Shown here piece after piece: positions 40,360 to 53,861 of a stretch of 64,000 bases of DNA; within the stretch, counting starts at the first letter, position 1, and each line of letters begins with the position of its first letter. The position numbers and the translations under genes were made by a program. Source of the DNA: Yuukianura sp. NJ FZ-2021 (taxonomy: Eukaryota); contig CM102284.1 of assembly GCA_046563655.1 (NCBI GenBank), positions 6,448,001 to 6,512,000 of the forward strand. The letters run 5' to 3'. Under the pieces are notes generated by a model. The model worked only from the letters and a program-made list of their open reading frames with translations. It ran no database searches and was not told the origin of the DNA.

Positions 40360-41798
40360 GAGAAGTAGCAAATTCAAGCAAACCTACACGTCGCGTGTAA
40401 GTCCAACGTTTTAGCACAATAAATTCTAACGATTAATTGAGGATGATGGACAGAGTCCTACCACTTCGTGAGCAAAATCCAATATGACGGCCTATTTTTC
40501 CAGTTGATCTGTTGATCCAGAGAAGGAACAAGAAGGCGGGTGGGGGTCAAATAGGATAACAAAGGAAGAGAGAAGACAAACCCGAAAATGGAGACTGCGC
40601 ATGCTTGGCTCCAAATTTTTTTCCCCACGCTGTCTATCATGGGAGGTCAATCACCTGTGCCAGTTCGCAAAAGAAAGCAGCATGCCAAAAGCGAATCTAC
40701 AGCAAAATGTGGTGAGTACTAATGAGTAAAAATCACATTTTCAGTCCAATTTACTTGTTGTAACTTCAATTACCGATTCAATTTCCTGCAGATACTACAT
40801 TTATTGCATAAAAATCAAGTCGTTTCAATTGGAATTCTAAATCATGAAGTCTACAGAGTCTGTGGCACAGACTCATGTTTTTTGGTGAGTCATTCTATTC
40901 TTCTACCTGATTCATAGCCAATTTTATCATAATCTTAATCAAATCTAACGTTGATTTCATTAGTACAGAGCAGTTGTTCATAGAATCAAGGGTTTTGGAG
41001 TCCACTAAAGCTACATCGGCGTCACTGCACTGCAGTAAAAAGAGTGACCATGAATCTACTTTCACCTGTTCTGTGTTCCAGACTCTGTATTTTTTGTTGA
41101 TTCTATGATAACCTACTAACCTGTAGCATAGTCTTATAACTTAAGTACTGCGATATAAAGTGCCGATACTAAATTCTTGCGTGTTCGCTGATTTTCAGAT
41201 AAACCTTTAGCAAACATATCAAGAACCATATGAGGAAAGTCGTCTCAAGTCTACATCTACAACTTCTTCGGATACCTTGATAGAAAGGAAAAAAGGTAAG
41301 TGGGAAAATATATGGCCAAAATATGTAAGCAATTCTGCTGTAGCACTTTGACTCATCTCTCCTTCCGAGTCGACGTATACGGAAGAAAGGCTTTACTTTT
41401 TTCTATTTGGTATAAATGACAGTAGTACCCACAGGTGACTTACTCTTTCGTTCTTAAGTTATTCTAATTTCAATTGTATTCTTATTAGGACTCAAGACGA
41501 CGACGGTAGACATTTGGCACAGTCGTTTTCTTTTTGTTTCAACACGACACGCAACATTCACCTGTTGATTCTTCACCTTCGTGTCACCGTCACGTCACGT
41601 CGCTAACATATTACATCTACCAAGTTTGTCCCTGATCGTGATCAATCTAAGAATAGCAACTGGTCAGGGTCAGGGACCACATCAACCTGTTGGACCGAGA
41701 TACCGGACGACTTGTATATGAGTAGTGAAAGTTAATCATCGGGCGGAGTACTTGCTAGCTTGACCTCTGGACGGGAATAGCTACTCAGGACCAGAATA

Positions 41799-43367
41799 AT
41801 GCCACGGGACAGACTTGCTGCGCTTCGACAGGTAACAGTAAGAACCGTGTTGATACAAATTACTACTCCAAAACGATGATCTGTGTAACCTAACGAGTGA
41901 TTATGACATATTGCAGATTCAGGGTCAAGGCTTCAACGATTACGGAGGCGGAGAAGTGGAAAGGCCGAATGGTCTTCCAGGATATGACGGCGGGGAAACT
42001 ATGGTCATTCAGATGGAGTCAATGGATGACGGGCTAGCAGGATTTTTAATGCAGGTCAGCAGCTGAAATCATCAGTGATGTTATCATGATAGTGTTCCAG
42101 AAGTAGAGCAAACTATCCCTAAATGAGACTAATTCCTATTCTTGCTAACTGTTAAATCACAATTAGGTTGAAGACATTCGTGAACTCTTGCGAGAATTTA
42201 AAGAAGACGTCGAGTTAGTGAAACAGAAGCATAGTGAGATTCTATCCTCACCGAATACAGATGATCGTAAGTTCAACTTTAAAAAACTCTCCTTAAAAAC
42301 ATGTTAAGATATGACCTATTTTTGCTTGTGGATTTGCAGCAAGACGAAAGCAGTTAGATGACTTGATGGCCAGAATCAAAACAACGTCTTCTGTAATCCG
42401 TACAAAATTGAAAGGTAACTCAATCTTCCTGAACAAAATGAACTTGACCTCATTTTCTCAAATGTTTACCTTCGTGATTCTTATGTTTAGATATAGAATT
42501 TGAAATTAAGAAGGAAGAACAGAATCAAGAAGAATCTTCAGCAGCAACTTTACGAATAAAGAAAACACAGCATTCTGCCCTACTGAGATTATTCATTGAC
42601 TCTATGAACGACTATCAAATGGCCCAGTCAGACTATCGAGATCGTTGCAAGGGACGAATCAGGCGTCAACTCGAAATTAGTAAGAACTTACAAAAAGCTT
42701 CCATACGAAAGTCAACAGCAAAACTTTGCTAATTCAATGTTTGCAGCCGGTACATCCTTGGATGAACAAGAGATTGAAAATGTCATGGAGCAAGGGAACT
42801 GGTCCTTCTTTACTCAAGGCGTAAGTAGAACCTTGAATCTCTCTTTAACAACATAAAACCTACGTGACACGACTTTTTAACCAATTCCTATTCATTTTCG
42901 TCGCAGATAATCTCAGAAACAGCACAAGCCAAGCAAATGCTTGCTGACATTGAGGCCAGACACAATGATATTCTTCAACTGGAAAAGTCTATAAGAGAAC
43001 TCCATGAACTATTTGTGGAAATGGCCATGCTAGTTGAGAGTCAGGTAATCCACGGTTAATCCTTAATTTACAATTTCAATTACTAACGCTTTTGACTTTG
43101 TTTGCATTAGGGTGAGCAAATAGATCGGATTGAGAATCATGTCACATCAGCCAAAGAACATGTAGAGAAAGCACAAAAAGAAACCACCAAAGCTTTAGAA
43201 TATCAAACCTCGGCACGAAAGGTGACAAAAAAAAACCGCCATTTCTATCTTAATTCTTCACCTAATCAATTTTTAACACTTCATTTTTCTTTTAGAAAAA
43301 AATCTTTCTGATCGTGTTGGCAATTATCGTTGTTCTGATCATTGTGCTCGTCATTGTATTCACCTAA
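41799..43367 (+). CDS. Syx1A-like: Syntaxin-1-like t-SNARE, nine short exons, absent from the ORF track
   Basis: Manual splicing gives [94 protein letters not shown] and C-terminal [23 protein letters not shown]. Confidence 0.92.
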
Positions 43368-44417
43368 AGGTAAAAGTCAAATCAAAATCTTCATCCAAAA
43401 TTTCTCCTACCACGAATAACTTACTCGACTAAGTATTAACTAACTCCATTTCACGTCCGAAGCACACAACCAACACCCAAACAACGGAAACGGAACGACG
43501 TACTTATAAATTCAATTAGTAATTAAGAAGACATTAATTTCTAAACCCATTTTTTCGCAACTGTGATTTACCTACCCCCATTTTTATATTAAGAGTGACT
43601 CAGGCAAGGCTATAATTATGACTTTAGTAACAACTAATTCCAAAACAAAGTACTTTAAAGTGTGAAAAAACTTTAAAAAGTGTGAGAAAAACCTTTTTGA
43701 CTGCCACAATTTAAAAACCAACTCCTCTTTGCTCCCAAAACCTAAACCCGCCCATCCAAGTTCGTCCAAAATGGCTACACTACTTAAATTCTAACTAAAG
43801 TTCTTCAAAAAATATATTAATTAACCTAACTTAAAAACCTATTTGCGAAAAAGCATGTCGAAATTAATTTTTTCCTGTAAGGGCCTAAAAAACTTATCTT
43901 CTACCTCGTCCTTCCAAGAAATCGTCCCATTGCAAACTAGAATTTTAGCAAAATATTGACTAACCCTAACGCCACTTGACTTGATTACCAAAACCAAAAA
44001 CTTCGACTATTTAGTTTACAAATTTGATCCCTCCTAAACCTAACCTTATAAGACTAATCTAAAATTGACTTTGGAAATTACCAAAAAAAGAAGCTTATTA
44101 AGTACCCATAAGTACCCTCCGCTTTGGATGGGAAGTCCACCACGTCCCTTGCACCTTGCACACTTAAAAAACAATGTACATATAAATCCGCACAATTTGT
44201 AAAAAAATTTTCTTGCCAAATGCCAATCAATATAATGAATGCTGACTCCTCCCCAAATTTTTGCAATTTTGCACAAATTTGCCCCCTCTCACCAAATCTT
44301 TCATGAAAACACAATGCCTAATTCTCTATTTCTAAAAAAAACAAGCGTCTTGTCTCTTAAATCCTTCGCTGTGATCCCGAATTGACACTCCAAGTACCTT
44401 TCTCTATTTACCTACCA

Positions 44418-44493
44418 AAAGAAATTAACGCTAAATATCAAATTATTCAAAGAAATTAACCTTAAATATCAAATTAATCAAAGAAATTAACCT
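44418..44493. repeat. 31-bp tandem repeat, about 2.5 copies, downstream of the syntaxin stop (probable 3' UTR)
   Basis: aaagaaattaacgctaaatatcaaattattc / aaagaaattaaccttaaatatcaaattaatc / aaagaaattaacct. Confidence 0.85.
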
Positions 44494-45195
44494 TTCATAC
44501 CTCGACAACCGATTACCGTCGAAAGACTCTTATCCATTAACGGACAAAAAGCCAAGAAACATTGCGATTATTAATTAAACAATAACTAAAACCTCCTGTA
44601 AAAGGGCAAATTCATGGTTAAGATTGTCCTATAAGCGTAAAATAATCAAATAATGATGCGTATCAAGGTAAAAGTTTAGCATTTAGCAAAGTAAATTGCA
44701 AAAGCGTGGAAGATTCAATGTGGTGGGAATGGCCTATTTAAATAAGTTAGCAAATTAGCAAAGTTAGAACCTTGTTAGAACGTGGCATTTAACTTTTTAA
44801 GTTAACTAGAAAGTAAAAAAACAAGCCAAGTCTCAATCAACAGACGAATTAATTATGATTAAATATTTAAGTTAATTGTTCAGCAAAACAGAAAAGGAAA
44901 ACCTCACACTCACTTTCACTCTTCTACTCTACTAAATAAGAGTTTCGCTGCTCTTGAATGTCTAAAATTTTGAGCTGAAATAAAGTATCACAGAATTGGA
45001 TCTGGAATTTGAAAAATTAAAAATTGGAAACTACCTCGACATTGTTTTCTTCGTTACATTTATTTTCTGAATACTTTTTCTCTCATTTGTATCAAATCCT
45101 AATAAGTTTTTGTCTACTTTAATTCATTTCTAATAAGAAAAAGCGTTATTTCTGACCTGTAAGACGCAATGAGTCTTCTACGTCCTCTGAAGATG

Positions 45196-47628
45196 TTAAG
45201 AGTCGCCTCCATTTGAGATTGAAGTTTGATGAGCTAGAAGTCAAAATTTTGAAAATGCCAAAGTTAATTTATTTTTGAAAAATGTTTCCGTTTTAATTTT
45301 TTGCTCGCAAAAAGCTTACCACGTTTAGGAATCTTGATTTCCTGTTCGTCTTGAACCATAACTTCATGGAGCAAGTTTTTAAACCGGTAGTGGATGAGTA
45401 ATGACTTTGTTTCTCCTGGTGCTGGATCATAGAATCCTGGAACATGGATTTTAGTTCCTTTGTGGACCACAAGCGTACTGTCTTTGACAAGACACTGGAG
45501 TGGAACTGTCACGTTAATAACTTCCTCTTCAATCTGTTCAGTTTCTTCAGTTCCGACGACTAGGCGACCATAAATGGCATTTTGAATCAGTAGACCATCT
45601 CTTCCCTCTTCTTCAGTCCGAATTCGTTCGTAAGTGTTGCGCATTAGATGAATAGCAGCTTCAGCCTCTGCTCGCTTCTCTGCCATTCTGAAAAATTTGG
45701 CACACAGATTAGTCGGAATCAGTTCAATATTTTTTTAGTTCGATAGCAGTAAGCGTGTGACAGAGACTTGGGTTTTAAAGAAATGTAATTTACTTGGTTT
45801 TGTAGGCCGTTTGTTTCTTTTCCTTCTCCGCGGCTGCCTTCTGTAGTTCGTATGGCTCCAGTATAAGTTTCTTGACGGTGAGGTACAGCAGAACGGGGGC
45901 CAGCGTTCCGTACACAATTGCGGAAGGAATGATTTCCTCTGCCAGTTGAATTGGAAAAATGTAGGACTGATTGGCACGAACAATTTTTAGTCTGAGAATG
46001 ACTCCATTTGGAACACCAACGATCATCAAGGCTCCGACAGTTGTGTACTGACTTACTTTCTTCTCAATACCAACTTCACAGAAAGCACCGAAAGTACCAG
46101 CTCTGAAAACCAATGAAAATGGTAACCATTAAACTTGTCCAGTATTTGGATACAGAACTGATGAGACCGTGTCAAAAACTTACTTGGCGTTGAAGCGATA
46201 CTTTGTGTCCTCTCGCTTGTGAGAAGTTTGGACCATTCCGTAAACATGTGGAATTCCTAGGTGAACACTGAGGCTGATACGATTTGTTCCATTATCTCTG
46301 AAAAATTTTCAGTGAAAATTGAACAAGGACAGAAATTAGTCAAAATGTTAAGTTTTTCAGTAGAAAGTTGACATGAACGATCAAAATTACCTTACACATC
46401 CTCCTACTAAACTGTTTCCTCCACCGCCAGTACGCCATGTCAATGTTCCAACACTGTGAGCATCTAATTGGTTTCCAACACCAAAGACAAATCCTAGCCC
46501 AATTCCGTCCCCGGTATGCCGACAAAGCAGGCTGAGATTGGTAAAAAATCGTTTCCCGAATTGAGAGAAACCCTTGAGACCAAAATCAAGACCAGACGTG
46601 GCACCACCTAGTTCCATTTCAGCCCATGTTTTGTTACTAAAAAGAGAAGTTGTGTAAGTAAGTATTCGTTTTCAAGTGAAGACAGAGGCAATATGTCGTT
46701 AACGTTTAGCTGTCGTTTTATGAACGTTATTTTACCTAAGTGTCCGTCGAAGGGCACAAGAAATGTTTCCACTCCCTCTTCCGTTGCTGTCGTTTACAGA
46801 AGCTCCCATGATAAGTGTGTCTCTAGGTGTTAGTGGAGCTTCTATGGACTGATGAAAATGGAAACCCGTAAATTCGACGTAAGGTACAACGGCTGAAAAA
46901 ACGCAAATCAGTAAGCAACTGGGAGAACTCTGGGTTTCGTGATCGTAAACTTACCATCAGCGTAGTAAGGATCCTCGTCGTCGGCGATATAAGGATTGAA
47001 AATCTCCGAAGCATTAATATTTACAGTTACGGATCCTTTCGGATGCGTTTGACGTTCCATTTCTCGATCTTGCTTCTCTCTTTGTAGCCTCTCATATGCT
47101 TCTCGAATCTCTTGCGGTGTTTGATACCTCTCGACCAATTCATTTCCTTGGGATTCCAAACCCTCCAGTCCAATTGTGTCATATACGGCACGAGTCGCCG
47201 GATTTGATAAAACTGGAACACCAAGTAGAATTTGTTACTTATCGTTTCGCTGTTCATACTGATTGTAAAGTAGGGAAATGTAGATTCTCACCTTCATGTG
47301 CTTTCTTGAGTCGCAGAAAAAGGTTTTCGGCTGCTGCCTTATTTGTCGGATTCTTGTCTGGATGGTAGATTCTAGAAAAACGTCTATACGCAGCAGTGAT
47401 TTCGTCAGTAGTTGCCTAGATACAGAAATTGACAACGTTACTTATCTTAGCACATCCATTTCGTTTAAGTATCTACCGGCCCAGCATTGCATCAGAAAAT
47501 CGTTATGCAGTGATTCTTACCGTTTTCGGGACGTTAAGACACGCGTACAGATCGTCCTCATCCAGGGTATACTCCGGTGTTGGTAGAGTGTCATCGTCGT
47601 CGGACGCTTCATTAAAATTAGAATCCAT
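45196..47628 (-). CDS. DNAJC11: DnaJ homolog subfamily C member 11 (mitochondrial), multi-exon
   Basis: N-terminal J domain (DLYACLNV...AYRRFSRIYHPDK), TPQEIREAYERLQRE, QSYIFPIQL, GLLIQNAIYG, INVTVPLQCLV, PGFYDPAPGETKSL. Confidence 0.93.
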
Positions 47629-47981
47629 TAATTAGTTAGTTAATTGACTTCACACTGCACGAACTGACGAACTTTATCAACGAAAACAACTTTTTCTAGA
47701 AAACAAAAAACAAAAGTGCAGCTCTGTTTCGCGCGTCTTCTGAATTTAAAAAAGAATCATCTGAGACAGAGCAGAGACCGCACAGGCAATTTGCGTGAGC
47801 AATAACATATTACGTATTATCATTCCAGTTTCATAGTTATTTGCCCATTTAAAACTAGTAGGTAATACTATTATAAAACCCAATAAAATGTAAAACTTGA
47901 CATATATCAAATGATAATAAACTAATAAACACCTGCTGACGATAAAATGTCACTATTGTATGTAAAATTTGCCAGTGATTG

Positions 47982-48213
47982 GTGACGTCACAAAAACGTT
48001 GAAATTTGGAAAAAAAAGTTGGGAACCTTTTTGTTTCGCAGAATTTCCGCATAGGACCCGGCCAAAATCCAAAATCGAGGGTCGCATTTTTGGATAGCAG
48101 TCTACACTACACGACATGCAAAAATCAAAACAAATCGCACTGTGGCTTTTTAGCAGCCGACACTCACTGTATTCCTACTACGCTGAATTAAATTAATTTT
48201 TAAACGGCGCTAG
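47982..48213 (+). repeat. Dispersed ~210-230 bp repeat, copy 2
   Basis: Inverted relative to 13889-14096 and similar along its length. The spurious ORF translations of the two copies also resemble each other. Confidence 0.85.
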
Positions 48214-48250
48214 CTCCAGTCAACCTAAATTTCAACAATTACCTCTCTTA

Positions 48251-49283
48251 TGCCCAGTTCGTCCATTGCAGGTTAAAATTGCGCTAAACTGAGTTTAGTT
48301 AAACTCAGTTTAGTTTTTTAACTGACGGTTAACTTTTGTTGGTTCAGCCAACCAACTTTTGGAAAAGTTAAACTCCGTTTAGTTAAACTCCGGTTAACTC
48401 GAGAGTAGCTGGCAACGTTGCACAAATCCAATTGTGCAAGTGATCTGATTGGCTGAAACACGAGCACCGCGAAAATTGAACAGTTTGTTTACAAATTTCA
48501 AACTAAAATTAGATTCCAACAACCTAAATGAAACTTGTCATCATCAGCATCACTAACCAAATTGCATACGCAGGTTCTAACTAACTAACTAACCATTCTA
48601 GTTTCTGATTGATTAGTAATCAATGGAGTTTCAGAAACAAAAGAGAGGGCCTAACTTTTCATTTAAAGACAGGGAGATCTTAATTGACATATTAATTGAA
48701 GTGGTGTCATAGTAGATAGGGGTAAGTCGGCAAGTGTGTGAAGCAGTGAAAGTGTTTTAGTGAAAACTGATATCAGATGACCTCAAAAATGACCCCTTGA
48801 ACATTGCTAAGGGTCATAAAGGGAATATTTTTTGTCCTACGAACCATGCACCATGCCCCTGTGACCCTTCCCTGAGGTCGCGGGTCAGTCTGAAGAAGCT
48901 TTCTCCCCCCTGTTCAAACGGATTAATTATAAGTTATAGTATAGCAAGAGCAACATAGAACTTTTTTGTAGTGACATGACCCCTGACAACCGAAAAAATG
49001 ACCTCAATAAAAGTTGTTCAGAATAATGTGTAGACCATTTTTTGTCCTCTGACCTATGACCCTGTAACCACCCCCTGATTAGTTATTTTCAGTTTATTCT
49101 TTTTTAAACTCCGGTTAAGTCGTTAACCGAGGAAATTCGGCCGGTTAAATTTAAACTCAGTTTAAGGAAGTTAAACGGAGTTTAACTTTTAACCGGCGTT
49201 GGCTGAACCCAAAAAATTTAACCGGAGTTTAAATCTGGGTTTAAACTCAGTTTAAATTTAACCAGCAATGGACGAACCGGGCA
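48251..49283. mobile_element. PIF/Harbinger-type MITE, 1033 bp, 27-bp TIR with 2 mismatches, TTA TSD
   Basis: tta|tgcccagttcgtccattgcaggttaaa ... tttaaccagcaatggacgaaccgggca|tta; palindromic subterminal repeats (taaactcagtttaa, ttaaccggagtttaa, gttcagccaa/ttggctgaac) at both ends. Confidence 0.9.
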
Positions 49284-49721
49284 TTACTGTTAAATTCAGC
49301 AAAAACTTAACTTCAACCTCCAATCAATTAATGCGGATAACAATGCAAACAACGTTTCTCCATTCCATTTGTTTAGCACTGGACAGTGTACTGAGTGAGG
49401 CCACTATAATTTTAATTTTCTGTAAAAAGTTATAATAACTCTCGTAAATTATAATTACATGTAGTATAATTCATCCCTTATTCCCACCAATGTTAAAAGT
49501 CCTGCCCTCCAACTATAACTCACAATTACCTCTCCCAACTAAATAAAATCTAAGTTTATCTGTACACTGGAACCTCCATAGAGAAATGCAATATACTTAA
49601 CAGTAATAGCTTAGTTAAATAAGGCAATTTTTCAATCCTTGCTGGATTTTTACACTTTTGTTGATGTCCTATTCACCTCATCTTAAACATTTAGTTATGT
49701 TAAACATTATACTTACTGTAT

Positions 49722-52700
49722 TTAGTATAAAAGGGAAGAAATCCCACCGTAGTCGTTTGCATCTGCACTGCTTCCAGTTGAAGGGTTGGACGTAACTGTA
49801 ATCGTAGTTTTGGAATTGCTTCTCCCCGCTGAAGTTGTGGCCAATTTCATAGATTTCGATTCATAAGTTCCTGAGTTGGCAGCAGCAGCAGCTTGTTGCA
49901 GTTGTTGAAACTGCGCAGCTCCAAGAACCATAGTGGCTGCTCCGCCATGATGAATTCTTGCAGTGGTTAATCCCTTTGGATTTGAAAAACAAATTTACAC
50001 TAGTAGTTGAGGATGATGAGGACATCGAAAGCATTTTTTAGTAGTTTGACAGATGAAGTAAATTCCAGAAAGTCAAGAAGCATAAAAAGCTTGGCATCAA
50101 CTCATAAAGCCTATGGTGCAAACAAGTTAGCAAAATATTAACAAAAGCGAATTAAAATTACACAGTAAGAAGTAATTGAACCAAGCAAATGTAAGAAATC
50201 AAGGTCAAGTTATCCGGGATCTCAATGAATCGAAATGAGCAATGTACTGACCTGTGTCACATTGACGTTCCCTCCTTGACCAACACCCAAATCTTCCAAC
50301 TTGATTGCTCTGCCCTGAAGAATAGTTGGATTTTGCAAATCTTCTAGCTTTAATCCCATTCTCTGCAGCTCAGCAGCAGTAATCGAGGATGGTATTGAAG
50401 CCAAGGTGTGAGCAACTTGCATTTCAGGCTTTCCCTAGAAACAAAATTTCGAAAATCATGATTGAATTCTGTTACATTTCGAAATTTCAATGTTTTCAAA
50501 AACGTACAGGTTGGAACTGACGAATTTGCACAATGGATCCAGGATTAGCAATTTGTTGAAGGTCAATTTGATTTCCCTGTGAGCCACCCAGTTGATTTCC
50601 ACTTTGAGTCAAGAAGTCAATGTCAGATGTGGTCGACTGTTGGCCCTAAATAATCCAAAGTCACAGATTCGCAATTACTTTTTAGGAAGAACACCTTAGA
50701 GTTAGTTAGCTTTTAAATCCAGAACCAGGAAAGTAAGTGTCAATGCCAAAGCAAAGCTTTTGGTGTTAATTGAGGATGCACAAAACGTTCACTCCTCACC
50801 TGCTGGCTGGATTGAATAAGCGACGTAGCGGCGGAGATGCTTCCTTGTTGGTTTTGGGTTGCAGATGACTGGGCAGTTGACTTCTTGGCGTAAACGACGC
50901 TCTGATCACCAAAAGATTTTGATTTAGTACCTTTATGCGGACGTGCTTTGTAAGGAGATTTAGCATTTGCCGTGGTCCCATGGTGCCGTGAACGATGCTC
51001 CTTCAATTTGTCTCTTCGGGTTGATGCATAATCACATTCCTATCGACGCAAAGCGAGAAATATACTGCCAAGCTTTCTGTTTTTAAGAAAACTAAAAACT
51101 AAAATACTGCCAGTACGGCTTTACTTACCTCACACTTGAAGGGCCTCTCATTATAATCTGCAAGTTTGCACAAAAAATAAAACATTCAACTTTTAGAAAA
51201 CTGAAAATTCTAAAATTCTGTCAAAAAAGCTGAAAATTCTGAAACTTTGTCGAAAAACTGAACTTGTGCTGCGAAAACAAAATACTTACGTATTCTTTCG
51301 TGTCTCACTAAATGTGATTTCTCTAAAAATCTTCTACCGCATATAGTACAAGGGTGGGGTCGGACTCCCGCATGGCTTCGCATATGCGAATCCAATTGGG
51401 ACTTTTTAGTCGTTGTGTATTTACAGTGATGATCTTGGCATCGGAGCACTTCTCCCGCTGCAGAAATAACACAGTTTGGAATTAGTTGAATTCTTCCACT
51501 TTTGCCATGAACTTGACATTTGATGGGTAAATTTCATACCTACATTTCTTTACAGCGGGCACCGTAGTGCCCGTAGGGGTTGAAGCCGCTGAAGAAGAAG
51601 CGCCTGACGGAGTTGACGGTGTGGCAAGATGAGATTTCTTGTGCGTTGTAAAATGATTCAAGTACTTTGTCGTAAAGGAGCACACGGAACAAGCATAGGT
51701 CTTTTCAGTATTGTGTCCTACTGCATGTTGATCCAAGGAACTCTTGGAGGCAAACGTTCTTCCACACACATTACCTAAAATCCAAAAATATCAACCAAAA
51801 CTTAGTATTAAAAAAACTGAAAAATTCAAATTTTTTGGAATCTTACATCGATAAGGCTTTTCATTGTTGTGCGTCTTGATATGAGCTGCCAAATTGGCCT
51901 TGCTCCTGCACTTAAACTCACAATCACAACATTGGTACGGTTTCTGTTCCTCGTGACTCATCTTGTGGGAAATCAGCGATCCAATCTTCATGCAATCGTA
52001 ACTGCCTTTAAAAACGAATCAAAACATCAGATTCGGAACAAATCAAAACGTGAAAACGTCGGATTCGGAACCAATCAGAAACATTGTTACATCTTGACCA
52101 AACTTACAAGAAGTGCATCTGTAAGGAGGACCCTCATAATGTGACTTCATGTGCATAAAGTAGTCGCGATTCCACTTGCACGTAAATCCACATTCACAGC
52201 ATCGGTAAGTCACGTCATGGGCATGTAAAGACGCCAAATGCTTCTCAAGACGGGAGATTTTCTTTGTATTAAAAGGACAAAGATGACAACGATATCCAGC
52301 GTCTGTTTGTACTGGATCGCATTCCTCTTCGCCACTGGACTCTTCAATCCAATCTGGAAGGATGTAACGTCGCTTCTTCCGTTGTCGACTGAGTCGGACC
52401 CATTTCAGAGTCGAGCGGTTCCGAAGAATACGAGCCAAAATTTTCCTACGTCGTTGCTCAAGGTTTAGGGGAACTGGAAATTCAAAAAAAAGTGTTCAAA
52501 ACAGCTTCTTGAACAGTGCAATTCAAAACAAATGCTATGTTCACTTACGCCTTGACTTGATTTCTCTGGATCTGATAGCCATGTCTTGCGGGCTGGACCA
52601 CTTGTTGCCCTAACATCAGGGTAGAAATTAATTGATTAATTAAATTTTCTTTAGAAAATAGTTAAAATATTTTGTGAAAGTAGCTCACATTTGCAGTGTC

Positions 52701-53861
52701 GAGTAGTATGGAAGTAGAATCTGTTAGCCCTTCCATTGCTGAATTGAACGCCATTTGTAATAAATTATCACCAAAACCTAGGGCTGGATCCGCCTCCTGT
52801 AACAGATAAGTGCATAGAGTGAAATCTGGGCAAACTATAAATACTTCCTGAAAATTTTCAATTTTTAAAGTCTAACCTGTCCAAATCGTTGATCCAACGC
52901 TTGATACATAGATTCGTACTTTTGTATTTGTATTCCTTTCTCTGCCAAGGAATGCAGAACGTAGTAGAAGCATCTTTCTGAGGCACCATACAACGGTTCT
53001 TGATCAATATAGTCAACGATAATTGCAGGATCCATGTTTCTCCATTCAATGTGAGTCAGGAATTGCTTAAAATCTCGTTCACGCGTTCCAATGTCGTGAC
53101 AAATCCAGCGACTCATGAATTTCACGGCAGCATCTTGAGGAAGCCCGTATGCCTGAACACACAACGATAACGTAAGAACTGAACATAACTTTTTGAATTG
53201 TCATTAGTTTGAAAGTTACCTTTTCTGTAACAAACTGCTCAATTTGTTTAGGAGCCAAGTCCATCATGACCTCGTGATTGATCACTTCTGCCAAATTAGT
53301 TTGAATAAATGCAATTGCAGACTTGGTTAGCGAAGGAAGCTGGAACTTTTCCGAAATCTGCTTGACATGAAGAGCATTAGCAGAATCGAGGTATCGTTCA
53401 AGGAAATCTGCGCAATAAGCTTTCAATTTTCCAACTAGAAAGTGATGCGATAGCCGTATAAGCTCTCCAACGTTTTCCTTTTTCAGAGAAATGCTTCCAG
53501 TGTAGAAATAGTTGAGAAATGCTTGAAATATTTCTGGATCCTGACAAGAAATTGCCAAGTTTTCCCGAATAGTTTTCTTCGATTTGAAGATGGAATCGAA
53601 ATAGGCGGATCCAGCGGCAAGGACCATCCGATGTGCAAAGAATTGCTTCCCTTGGACATGAAGAATAACATCACAAAACTTCTCACGTTCACGTTGCTTC
53701 CGGAAGAATTCGATCATTTCTATTCCTCTTTGTGGTTCTTGTATCTGTTGAACGATACTGGTTCCACCGGGGGATTCAATCGTTGAAAAGTACAATGGGG
53801 GAACACCGGCAGTGTGAACAGAAGTATCCATTGTTACGGACATCACTTCCTCAGATTCCAT
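49722..53861 (-). CDS. BTB-BACK protein with nine C2H2 zinc fingers and a Q/S-rich C-terminus, ~13 coding exons
   Basis: BTB (FCDVILHVQGKQFFAHRMVLAAGSAYF...YFYTGSISL), BACK-like helices (LDSANALHVKQISEKFQLPSL...RWICHD), nine C2H2 fingers between ~52300 and ~50980 with EKPY/VRPH-type linkers. Confidence 0.85.

Noticed and set aside
43370-44950. Strand-biased (G-poor, then G/A-rich) tract that might form a long fold-back
   Set aside because: I could not find extended complementarity by eye; consistent with a long AT-rich 3' UTR.
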